A DNA stretch of 64,000 nt from Methanobacteriota archaeon (GTDB lineage: Archaea > Thermoplasmatota > Poseidoniia > Poseidoniales > Thalassarchaeaceae): positions 11,700 to 75,699 of the forward strand of contig PBMO01000024.1 in the NCBI GenBank assembly GCA_002722595.1, in the 5' to 3' direction. Made by a program: the position numbers and the translations under genes. Below are positions 18,724 through 27,458 of the stretch, in pieces; position 1 is the stretch's first letter, and every line of letters starts with the position of its first letter. The notes under the pieces are model-generated. The model saw nothing but the letters and a program-made list of their open reading frames with translations, was not told where the DNA came from and searched no databases.

Positions 18724-19242
18724 TTACACCAGATTCGAATAACTAACAGCAGCCTCATCCGTCCAATGTGCCAAAGGGCCACTAGCAGCAATTCGACAAT
18801 CCTCAATCCGAACACTCACACTTTCTTGAAACTCCGTTTTGACTAAATGATCATATCCGAGAACCAGAGCACAATCAAGAATTCCAGACACAAAACCGAG
18901 TGTAGTTTTGTCGGTTTCAGACCAATATGCATCTCGAGGGTGAGTGTGAACCCAAAGCCGTAATGGAAGTTGAGAACCAATAGGGGGAGCCAACTTAACC
19001 CGCCCAATAGTCCCAATATCTACCCAAACCAAACGACGGGAATCGAATAAAACACTGACTTCCCTTTTCAATTTATCAGCCAAATGCCACAAATCTTCCC
19101 ACATATTATTCACAGCATAGTATGCAATACTCTCGATTATTGCAGCGGGCCTTGAAGTAGAGAAAGTCAAACTCTCTTCAATATCAAATTGCGAATGCAA
19201 TTTTGGTTGAACAGGTCCACGCGGCTCAGGGTCTACACTCAT
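18724..19242 (-). CDS. JAB/JAMM (MPN+) metalloprotease domain protein
   Basis: REVSVLF (catalytic Glu) ... VHTHPRDAYWSETD (H-T-H-x6-S-x2-D). ATGA-coupled to the E1 gene. Confidence 0.8.
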   Translation of the reverse strand: MSVDPEPRGPVQPKLHSQFDIEESLTFSTSRPAAIIESIAYYAVNNMWEDLWHLADKLKREVSVLFDSRRLVWVDIGTIGRVKLAPPIGSQLPLRLWVHTHPRDAYWSETDKTTLGFVSGILDCALVLGYDHLVKTEFQESVSVRIEDCRIAASGPLAHWTDEAAVSYSNLV

Positions 19243-19883
19243 TTTCTCACCTCAGGGTACGGCAACTCACCCATGTGCGCTGAGTAAATCCGACCAGCAG
19301 GGACATTGGCTTCTCTGAGCCATTGTATAACCCATTGAGCACCATGTGCGGCGGCCAATGCAAACCCGAACTGAATGTTCCCAATTTCTACAGCCCCTTC
19401 TAATTGACAACTAGCCGATTGACCCCCCTCTAATTCAGGTAGAGAACATAGTATGTGATAATCATCGACACAACTCCACATCACAAAACCATCTGCCCGT
19501 GCACGTAAATCCAACCACTGAGAAGCATTTTTGTGAACCGATTTTCGTGGTTTTTCACGATCTACTGCAACAATGACTAGGTGATATTCACCGAGTGCGA
19601 AGTCATCAGAAAAATCCCTTTTCATCGTAATCACATCTAGCCCTGTATCTTCTAGAAGTGAAGAAATATTCATCCAGTTCACTAACGCATCAACCTTAGA
19701 TTTACCAATATCATCATCAGAAAAGAATTGATGGGGCAGATTTCTTTCTTCGACGATGTCTCCATCCATTATAGTCAACGACACATCTTTTTTCAAGCCA
19801 GATTTAGTAATGGCTTTTATTACAAAAATCGCAAGTAAACCACCAATTCCCCCCGCGCCAATTAGTAGTATTTTTCTTTGCAT
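19239..19883 (-). CDS. ThiF/E1-like adenylyltransferase
   Basis: ILLIGAGGIGG, DGDIVEERNLPHQ, IGKSKV, VAVD, WLDLR, candidate catalytic Cys in ASCQ. ATG 19883 preceded by GAGGGAG. Confidence 0.9.
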   Translation of the reverse strand: MQRKILLIGAGGIGGLLAIFVIKAITKSGLKKDVSLTIMDGDIVEERNLPHQFFSDDDIGKSKVDALVNWMNISSLLEDTGLDVITMKRDFSDDFALGEYHLVIVAVDREKPRKSVHKNASQWLDLRARADGFVMWSCVDDYHILCSLPELEGGQSASCQLEGAVEIGNIQFGFALAAAHGAQWVIQWLREANVPAGRIYSAHMGELPYPEVRK

Positions 19884-19932
19884 TCTATCTCCCTCAGAAG
19901 TTTGTATGATCATATCATAAATTGTAAATTTC

Positions 19933-19990
19933 GGTACACACCCGCCCAGCAGGCGGGGTGTACCTGTAATCTTCTCAACCGTTTTGGTTG
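19933..19990 (-). other. Intergenic stem-loops between Ubl and E1 genes
   Basis: GGTACAC(A)CCCGCC-CAGCA-GGCGGG-GTGTACC at 19933-19964 (13 bp, one bulge); CAACC-GTTTT-GGTTG at 19976-19990. Confidence 0.7.
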
Positions 19991-20013
19991 GTGTGTTTTA
20001 TGGCCGAAACCCA

Positions 20014-20226
20014 TCATTGACCGCCAACAAGCGGGGACACGATTCTAACATTCTCTGCAGATGATAGAGATGCTTCATCAACTTGACCAGGTGTCACCAT
20101 AGTCCCGTCAACATACACCCAAGATCCAGAAGAGTTCCCTTGAATTATTTCGACCGTTTCAGCCGGATTCAAGAGCTTCTGTGAATGTCCCGTTTTGTCG
20201 GAAATCTGTACCTTAATTTGATGCAT
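20014..20226 (-). CDS. Ubiquitin-like (beta-grasp; ThiS/MoaD/SAMP-like) protein with C-terminal GG-Q
   Basis: 70 aa, MHQIKVQI...WVYVDG...NVRIVSPLVGGQ*. ATG preceded by GGAGG. In-frame alternative GTG at 20307. Confidence 0.8.
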   Translation of the reverse strand: MHQIKVQISDKTGHSQKLLNPAETVEIIQGNSSGSWVYVDGTMVTPGQVDEASLSSAENVRIVSPLVGGQ

Positions 20227-20303
20227 AGATGTTCCTCCAATATTTTTGACCTCGTCTACGAGCCGAGTCCGGTCCTCACCGGCATAGTCATTGAAAAGGA
20301 CCG

Positions 20304-21344
20304 TCACACCCCTTCCTCCTCTTGTGTCCAATCCATTAGATTGGTTTGAAAGCGTCTGATAAATCGCTGCATCGTATCGGTTAATTGTCCATTATCTTGG
20401 TAAGGAGGGTTACCAATAGCTCTACGCCACAAATGCTCAATGTTGACATTTCTTCTACGCATTCTTTCCGGAGTGCCGAAAACATGCCGACCTAATGTAT
20501 TGATATGGCGTGCTGAATTTGTATCGTCGTACAGAGATAGTACAAGGGTGACTAAAATATCTCCAAAAACAACATTATGAGCGCCAACTGGATCAATGCA
20601 TATGAACTCTAACTTTTCATCCAATTCGCGAAAGACAGCATAGTTTGGTGTGTGGCGTTTAGGCTTAATTCTGTAGACGTTCCCCGACGCACCAATTACT
20701 TCGATATATCCATCCATTATGGTGGCCCTCTCATTCAAATCGCCAACGACTTCTTGGACAAATTGAAACGATCTGGCCCATGCAGGAGGATTCCTAGCAA
20801 CAAATTCATCTTCCCCGATTAGCCAGATGAAAATTGCAGTAGTCAATTTGTTTTTGACATCCTTTCCAAAAACCCCTAGCATGATTTTGGCAACATGCTC
20901 CTGGATATGCATTCCTTTGGGGAATCGAACTAGCCCGGCATCTTTGAGTTGGTTTTCAACTCCCAACACTTCCCCTTGACTAACAGATCGAGACTTCACA
21001 CGATTGAGGTGTAAGATACCAATACCCAAATTATCCAAAGCCGAGATCCAGCCAATATCAGAAACAGGTCCCAGATATGGAAAACCCATGTCGAAAATAT
21101 GCCTCCGAGGAATCCAATTCCCCCCATTTCTACTGCGCAAATCATGAAAAATCTCTCTCATATCTGATAATTCTTCAATCGAAAAACTGCTTGAAGGCCT
21201 GACCCAGGAGGGTTTTTTTCTGGTTCTTCTAATTGAAAATCTGACCCACGGGTAACAGCATCGGCAGAGTTGCAATCCACCACTTCGATGTAGGATACGT
21301 AAATCCGTAAATCCCAAATTACAACTATCACAGGCGTGCAACAT
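20304..21344 (-). CDS. Hypothetical protein with N-terminal CxxC...CxxC Zn-finger, first gene of the Ubl-E1-JAB operon
   Basis: CDSC...CRCC at N-terminus; C-terminal YIEVIGASGNVYRI...FICIDP...GDILVTLVLSLYDD. ATG 21344 with AAGGAG upstream. Confidence 0.75.
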   Translation of the reverse strand: MLHACDSCNLGFTDLRILHRSGGLQLCRCCYPWVRFSIRRTRKKPSWVRPSSSFSIEELSDMREIFHDLRSRNGGNWIPRRHIFDMGFPYLGPVSDIGWISALDNLGIGILHLNRVKSRSVSQGEVLGVENQLKDAGLVRFPKGMHIQEHVAKIMLGVFGKDVKNKLTTAIFIWLIGEDEFVARNPPAWARSFQFVQEVVGDLNERATIMDGYIEVIGASGNVYRIKPKRHTPNYAVFRELDEKLEFICIDPVGAHNVVFGDILVTLVLSLYDDTNSARHINTLGRHVFGTPERMRRRNVNIEHLWRRAIGNPPYQDNGQLTDTMQRFIRRFQTNLMDWTQEEEGV

Positions 21345-21528
21345 CAAAGCAAACTCCTTTTCAATTTATAAGTGGAAATTGGGCGCATAATATTCGAACA
21401 TCATGTACCATAATCGCGGCCCCTCTTCAGCAACGTCCGGGGTATTTGAATCTCATGAAAAGATAAGGAGTTAGAGCAAAATTTAGAACACGATTAGCAA
21501 CGTCGAAACAATATTCTTCCAAAGAGGT

Positions 21529-22095
21529 GTGTGGAGTGCTGTGGGACTAACTTTAGAGATATCTTTGCCAGGCTCAAAGCTTTCCGAAGCCTACTACTCC
21601 TGTCGTTATGCTTGTCTCCGTGAGCCACTTGGTTTTGAGTTGGGTGCAGAACGACTTGAAGACGACAATGAAGCAATACATGCATGGTGGGAAGATAAAG
21701 ACGGCGAGGTATTGGCTGTTGGACGAATACATAGGATTCCAAGCAAGTCTGATGGCAGCCAACCAGATCACTCTGGCCCCGATGCCGCCTTATGTCCGGC
21801 TTTTACTCCATTAACGGAAGAGCGGGACGATTTACGCCCTGCTGTACAAATTCGTCAAATGGGTACACGCGAATCTTGGAGGCGGCAAGGTCTAGCTAGT
21901 GGATTAGTAATTGCACTTGAGGCAGCAGCAATCAGCCAATGGGGTGCAAAAAGTGGGTGGTTGCAAGCCCGTCTTTCCGCGATTCCGATGTACGCAAGCG
22001 AGGGATGGAAAACTTTTGGTGAAGAATACGAGGTAGTAGGAATTGGCCCCCACCTTTCAATGTGGAAAATGTTAGTTGGGGATGAATCAAATTGA
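21529..22095 (+). CDS. GNAT family N-acetyltransferase
   Basis: RYACLREPLG, QIRQMGTRESWRRQGLAS, WLQARLSAIPMYASEGW, IGPHLSMWK. Confidence 0.88.
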   Translation: MWSAVGLTLEISLPGSKLSEAYYSCRYACLREPLGFELGAERLEDDNEAIHAWWEDKDGEVLAVGRIHRIPSKSDGSQPDHSGPDAALCPAFTPLTEERDDLRPAVQIRQMGTRESWRRQGLASGLVIALEAAAISQWGAKSGWLQARLSAIPMYASEGWKTFGEEYEVVGIGPHLSMWKMLVGDESN

Positions 22096-22862
22096 GTAAC
22101 GACCAAGAAGTTGCTGAGTGGTTAGATAACCTTCTTCGGAAAGAATTAGATCTTCGGCAAAGCAGAGGAATCAAGAAAGAAATAGAACTCGGACCTAAAA
22201 CACCGAGAATCATAATACTGAATCAAGGAGAAGTGGCAGGGTATGCTGAAATGCGTCGAATATCGACCATTATTGAACTGGCAACAGTGGTAGTGGACCC
22301 AAAATTACGAGGAAAGGGATATTCACATCAGATTGTCCATCAAGCATGGGAAAGGTGGAGACAAGATCCGGTTTTGCATGGAACAACATTGGGTGGAGAT
22401 GTTGATTTAACAAGGAGTCACCAACTCCCTAAAACGGTTAGTAGACCCCTAATTTCATTCACCCGAGATCCGGCAATGGCGGCCGCCTTGGTTGGAGGGG
22501 GTTTTACAATGATGCCCCGTAAACGGAGAATTTCCCGTCTTTGGTTGTGGAAATCCGATTTTGCAGCGTTACCAATCATGGTTCAAGCCTCAATATCTTT
22601 TGACAGACTTTTGAGAGGCATCCGGTTTCTCTTCACATCTCCTAGCCGCATAGCGCATTATTTACGACATTCAAGAGATTACAGATTATTTGTAAGAATA
22701 CCTGAAACTGCCGAACGTCCCCCTCCAAGGATGCACATGCGGAGTGAACGTGAAGGAGGCGTCCCGTCCGATCTCATGAATCAAATGGAGGCGATTGCAT
22801 TTACTATGGAAGAGGAACCAGGCATCTCTTCTGAAATCAAAGCATGGGACGAAGGAGAATAA
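22092..22862 (+). CDS. GNAT-fold protein
   Basis: ELATVVVDPKLRGKGYSHQIV acetyl-CoA motif A; coupled to the upstream GNAT gene. Confidence 0.75.
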   Translation: MSNDQEVAEWLDNLLRKELDLRQSRGIKKEIELGPKTPRIIILNQGEVAGYAEMRRISTIIELATVVVDPKLRGKGYSHQIVHQAWERWRQDPVLHGTTLGGDVDLTRSHQLPKTVSRPLISFTRDPAMAAALVGGGFTMMPRKRRISRLWLWKSDFAALPIMVQASISFDRLLRGIRFLFTSPSRIAHYLRHSRDYRLFVRIPETAERPPPRMHMRSEREGGVPSDLMNQMEAIAFTMEEEPGISSEIKAWDEGE

Positions 22863-22871
22863 TGGCAATAA

Positions 22872-22948
22872 TGGAGCACAGAAGGGGATTCGAACCCCTG
22901 TGAAATGGATTTGCAGTCCATCGCGTAACCGGGCTTTGCTATCTGTGC
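22872..22948 (-). tRNA. tRNA-Cys (GCA), CCA encoded, no intron
   Basis: Minus strand: GCACAGA acceptor stem, ATGGA-CTGCAAA-TCCAT anticodon arm, AGGGG-TTCGAAT-CCCCT T arm, TCTGTGC-T-CCA. Confidence 0.96.
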
Positions 22949-23008
22949 AGCAAGTCGCCGAAAAGCACCGTCTATTCAAGCCTCACGCATGAGGAAATTG
23001 AACAGAAA

Positions 23009-26000
23009 TCACGAACAACCAGTTGTGGCGCCACAACTATTGCACTTTAGACAGGTACCATTGCGGACCATTTGACTGCCACCACACTCATCACAAATAT
23101 CTCCAGTAAATCCAGCCTCGCGTGCCTGCTGTCTCATTATTGAAGCATTGTCAACAACATTGAGAGTTGTTTGGACGTTGCGTTGTTCTCCTTGTGAACG
23201 AGCCACCCCATCCTCTGTAATTTCTGGGCGGCTGATTGAAGTGACCTCCAAATCCTCCTCACTTACATGCGCTAGATCATTTCGACCTAGATAGTCAATC
23301 GCCAATTCTCTGAATATGTAATCTACTAAACTTGTAGCCATCTTGACACGGTTTGAACCACCCTGAACCATTCCACTTGGTTCGAACTTCTGGAAAGTGA
23401 ACGATTTCACGAACGCATCTAGAGGTACACCATATTGCAACCCAATCGATACCGCAATCGCGAATTGGTTCAGAAGGCTGCGCCATGCAGCTCCTTCCTT
23501 TGAAGTGGTGATCATAATTTCTCCAAGACGACCATCGTCATACTTGCTTGAAGTTAGGTAAACAGTATGTCCACCCACACTCGCCTTCATTGTTCTTGAA
23601 TCACGAACAGCAGGCAAGGGCTGTCTCGATGCGATATAGTTGTGAACAAAGGCTTCAGCAACAGGTGTAGCCTGTTCTTCGGGAAGAGGCAACACCTCCG
23701 CAACCTGTTTGACAACCTTCTTTACAGTGACAACTTCCTCCTCCTCATCTTCCTCGACACTAGACATGTCCACTAGACTATTCATGAGTGGCTGGGATAG
23801 TTTACTACCATCTCGATACACAGCACAGGCCTTGTTCATTGTTGAGTGAGAGAGATCATATGCAGCCCGCACATCTTGGATTGATGCTTCACTTGGCATG
23901 TTAATGGTCTTTGAGATAGCACCTGATATGAATGGCTGTGCAGCAGCCATCATCAATACGTGGGCATCCCAATCAATACATCGAGTCCCATTTTTACCAC
24001 CAGGAGTTGCACAATCGAATACAGCAAGATGTTCTGCTTTGAGGTGCGGTGCATCTTCTATCGATAGATGTCCAAAGACGTGATTGTGTGCATTTTCAAT
24101 TTCAGTAGCACTAAACCCAAGGAAGCCCAGTGTATCGAAGAATGGGTTGTCACAGTCCTCCTTCGAAATTCCCAACGAATCCATGCAGAAATCCTCACCG
24201 AGGACATGCGTTGCAAACAGAGATCGAATATCGAATACAGTTGCTACAGCCCCCTCAATCTTCGAAAATTCATTTTCTGAAAATCCAATTTCCAGCAATT
24301 TTTGCAGTGAGACACTTTCGCATCTTTCAAGAGTTCCAGTTCCCATTACATGGTCTACAATCTCTTGTGCTTCATTCTCGCTGTATCCCAATCGCTTTAG
24401 TGCAGTGGGAACACCTTTGTTGATAATTCTTAGAGAACCACCACCAGCTAATTGTTTGAATTGAACAAGGCTGAACTGTGGCTCAACACCAGTTGTGTCT
24501 GCAGCCATGACTAAGCCAATAGTTCCAGTTGGTGCAATAACAGTTGTCTGTGCATTTCGGTAGCCATGCTCTTCTCCTAGGGCGAGCGCGCGATCCCAAA
24601 CACCTCTTGCCGCTTCAAGCAAATCCTTCGGACATTTCTTTGAATCAATACCCATAGGGGTAATCGACAATCCCTCATATTGGTCCTCAGGCACATCATA
24701 TGCAGCCCTTCGATGGTTCCTCATCACTCGGAGCATATGTTCTGCATTTTCTTCATATCGAGGGAAGGGGCCAAGGAAGCTGGCCAAATCAGCACTGGTA
24801 GCATAGGCCTCACCAGTCATGATTGCAGAAATCGCACCACATATTGCATAACCACGCGAGTCGTTGTAAGGTATCCCCATGTGCATAAGCAATGATCCGA
24901 TGTTGCAGAACCCTAAGCCCAGTGTGCGGTAATCATATGAATTACGAGAAATTGCTTGACTTGGGAATTGGGCCATCAATACACTGATTTCTAGAGTAGT
25001 TGTCCACAAACGACATGAATGTCGGAAGCCTTCAACATCGAAGACCTGCGAATCCATATCATAGTAGTGTAGTAAATTGATACTGGCTAGATTACAAGCA
25101 GTGTCATCCAAGAACATGTATTCACTGCATGGATTGGAACCATTAATCCGCCCTCCTTCAGGACAAGTATGCCATTCGTTAATCGTAGTATCAAATTGTA
25201 TTCCTGGGTCAGCACATGCCCAAGCAGTGTAAGCAATATCATCCCACAATTGGTTCGCATCAAGGGTTCTGTGTGCTTCAGGAGCGCGCCCTTCCTTGGC
25301 AGCCTTTTCCTTTTCAGTTCTGAATACGAGGTCCCACCCTCCTCCATCTTTAACAGCCTGCATGAATGATTCAGGAACGCGAACAGAGTTGTTTGAATTC
25401 TGTCCAGATACAGTTGCGTAGGCCTCACCTTCCCAATTGGTATCCATAACGTCAAAGTCAACACTCTTCCAACCTTGTTTTGCCAAATCTAGCATTCTTT
25501 GCAAATGTGGTTGTGGTATCGAGGACCGGATAGCTTTGACCATTGCCGATTTGAGTGCCGGGTTGGTATTCGGATCGATTGACAACTCGTCACCATCCCA
25601 ACAGGCTGAAAGAACATCATTACAATGCTTCTGTACCATCGAAGAACCAGCTACAAGCGCACTGACCTTTTCTTCCTCATTTAATTTCCAGCCAATATAT
25701 TCTTCAATATCTGGGTGATCAAGGTCGAGTGTGACCATTTTGGCAGCCCTTCGTGTGGTACCTCCACTCTTGATTGCCCCTGCGGCTCTATCTCCTATCT
25801 TGAGGAATGAGAGTAAACCGCTCGAAGTACCGCCGCCGGAAAGTGGCTCACCAGCTCCTCTAATGTTGGAGAAATTCGAACCGGTTCCAGAACCAAACTT
25901 GAACAACAACGCTTCTCGATTCCATAATCCCATAATCGAGCCAGTATCTCCTACCAAACTGTCACTAACACTCTGAATAAAACAAGCGTGTGGTTGTGGG

Positions 26001-26632
26001 TGCTCATATGCATTGACGGATCGGAGATCTTCTTCAGTAACTGGGTCAACATACCAATGTCCTTGGGCGGGCCCTTCGATACCATAGGCCCAATGCAGAC
26101 CTGTATTGAACCATTGGGGACTATTTGGGGCGGATCTCTGGCTTGCAATTAGGTAACACATTTCGTCATAATATGCACGAGCATCATCCTCACTCGCAAA
26201 GTAACCGTGCTTCCAACCCCAGTATGTCCAGGTGCCCGCAAGTCTTCGGAAGAGTTGGCGACCATCAGATTCGCAACCATAGCGATCATCAGCATCCATT
26301 TTTTGCAACTTTTCTTCATCTGGCGCGGACCTCTGTAACCATTCAGGCACACCATCTTCAGGAACTTTCCTGAGAACTTTGGGTACACCCGCCTTTCGCA
26401 TATATTTCTGAGCACAAACTTTTCCTGGAACACCCTCGAATCCTGCTGGCATTGACACGTCCTTGATTTCAAATGCAACAGTACCATCTCTGTTGTTGAT
26501 AACAAAGTCAAAAGTCACCCAATCGAAACCATCGAATGGATCAACACCAACTTGTGTGAACCGACGTTCAACGACCATACCTTGTTCACTATCTCCAGTA
26601 CTTGCACTCTCCTTTAGTTTGGATTGGGTCAT
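23009..26632 (-). CDS. nrdJ: Adenosylcobalamin-dependent (class II) ribonucleotide reductase
   Basis: PNSPQWFNTG, HACFIQSV, SNPCSEY, IAPTGTI, ISGAISKTINMP, YRDGSK, TSCPD-like domain and terminal CxxC...CxxC ribbon. Confidence 0.96.
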   Translation of the reverse strand: MTQSKLKESASTGDSEQGMVVERRFTQVGVDPFDGFDWVTFDFVINNRDGTVAFEIKDVSMPAGFEGVPGKVCAQKYMRKAGVPKVLRKVPEDGVPEWLQRSAPDEEKLQKMDADDRYGCESDGRQLFRRLAGTWTYWGWKHGYFASEDDARAYYDEMCYLIASQRSAPNSPQWFNTGLHWAYGIEGPAQGHWYVDPVTEEDLRSVNAYEHPQPHACFIQSVSDSLVGDTGSIMGLWNREALLFKFGSGTGSNFSNIRGAGEPLSGGGTSSGLLSFLKIGDRAAGAIKSGGTTRRAAKMVTLDLDHPDIEEYIGWKLNEEEKVSALVAGSSMVQKHCNDVLSACWDGDELSIDPNTNPALKSAMVKAIRSSIPQPHLQRMLDLAKQGWKSVDFDVMDTNWEGEAYATVSGQNSNNSVRVPESFMQAVKDGGGWDLVFRTEKEKAAKEGRAPEAHRTLDANQLWDDIAYTAWACADPGIQFDTTINEWHTCPEGGRINGSNPCSEYMFLDDTACNLASINLLHYYDMDSQVFDVEGFRHSCRLWTTTLEISVLMAQFPSQAISRNSYDYRTLGLGFCNIGSLLMHMGIPYNDSRGYAICGAISAIMTGEAYATSADLASFLGPFPRYEENAEHMLRVMRNHRRAAYDVPEDQYEGLSITPMGIDSKKCPKDLLEAARGVWDRALALGEEHGYRNAQTTVIAPTGTIGLVMAADTTGVEPQFSLVQFKQLAGGGSLRIINKGVPTALKRLGYSENEAQEIVDHVMGTGTLERCESVSLQKLLEIGFSENEFSKIEGAVATVFDIRSLFATHVLGEDFCMDSLGISKEDCDNPFFDTLGFLGFSATEIENAHNHVFGHLSIEDAPHLKAEHLAVFDCATPGGKNGTRCIDWDAHVLMMAAAQPFISGAISKTINMPSEASIQDVRAAYDLSHSTMNKACAVYRDGSKLSQPLMNSLVDMSSVEEDEEEEVVTVKKVVKQVAEVLPLPEEQATPVAEAFVHNYIASRQPLPAVRDSRTMKASVGGHTVYLTSSKYDDGRLGEIMITTSKEGAAWRSLLNQFAIAVSIGLQYGVPLDAFVKSFTFQKFEPSGMVQGGSNRVKMATSLVDYIFRELAIDYLGRNDLAHVSEEDLEVTSISRPEITEDGVARSQGEQRNVQTTLNVVDNASIMRQQAREAGFTGDICDECGGSQMVRNGTCLKCNSCGATTGCS

Positions 26633-26942
26633 TGATAATCATCTCCTATTTTTGGGAATCTAAATTTTGATTTATTTTAGGGGTCCAGCCGGCGCCATAG
26701 CACACAGGGAGTTTCGGTCCGGTTTAGTGGGTCTTTGAAGATATCGCAAAGAGAGAGTGTATTTCGATGCAAACTTGTGATAAATTACACAGTTCATAAA
26801 TCTCTTATTGTGAACAATTAAGGGTGTTTGTGAAATCAATATGATATATTATCGACTCACATAATCACTCAAACCACTTATCCATACACGGGCAATTGCT
26901 TTGAGGTAAACCCGCCCGTCACAGATTATCCGGAGGGACATT

Positions 26943-27458
26943 ATGACGACACCCGAATCAAATGACGAATCAGAGGACACTCAAGCAGACGTTGATCCAT
27001 TTGAGGAACTAGGGGTCGAACAACATCTCCCTGGAGACCACTCTGGTGATGGATTAGATGCTTTCATGGATGATGAAGATGAAGAGGATCAAATCGAGAC
27101 CACGCGCCCCGAATCAGCCATAACAGAAGAAGAGGACGAAGATGACGACGATTTGTTTGCAACTCTTGGAGTGGCTGGACCTGCAGTTTCACTAGCATCG
27201 ACAGGTCAAGATGACCTTCTATCTGCTTTCATGGATGAAGACGAAGAGGTTGTTGAAGTTGAAGAACCCGCGACAACGACTGAAACGAAACCATCTGCTC
27301 CAGATGCGAAAGATGCCTACAAAATGGTTCTTGAAACGGTGTGGGTAGATGGGATTCTGGATCCCGGCGAAGTCAACTTGCTCGCCCGACGACGTGAAGA
27401 ACTGAATCTTAGTTTCGAAGAACATCTAGAACTAGTTCGCCAGATGTTGGGTGATTAA
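26943..27458 (+). CDS. Acidic disordered protein with C-terminal TerB-like module
   Basis: D/E-rich N-terminus; YKMVLETVWVDGILDPGEVNLLARRREELNLSFEEH. GGAGG upstream. Confidence 0.75.
   Translation: MTTPESNDESEDTQADVDPFEELGVEQHLPGDHSGDGLDAFMDDEDEEDQIETTRPESAITEEEDEDDDDLFATLGVAGPAVSLASTGQDDLLSAFMDEDEEVVEVEEPATTTETKPSAPDAKDAYKMVLETVWVDGILDPGEVNLLARRREELNLSFEEHLELVRQMLGD

Noticed and set aside
18648..22948. Ubl operon as an island integrated at tRNA-Cys
   Set aside because: No convincing duplicate of the tRNA 3' end near 18650-18720 and no integrase in the window.
23009..26632. Intein in the long NrdJ
   Set aside because: No intein splice-junction (C...HN) or LAGLIDADG motifs seen; the length fits long-form class II RNR.
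26633..26942. Cobalamin riboswitch upstream of nrdJ
   Set aside because: Conserved B12-box elements were not recognised on the minus strand.
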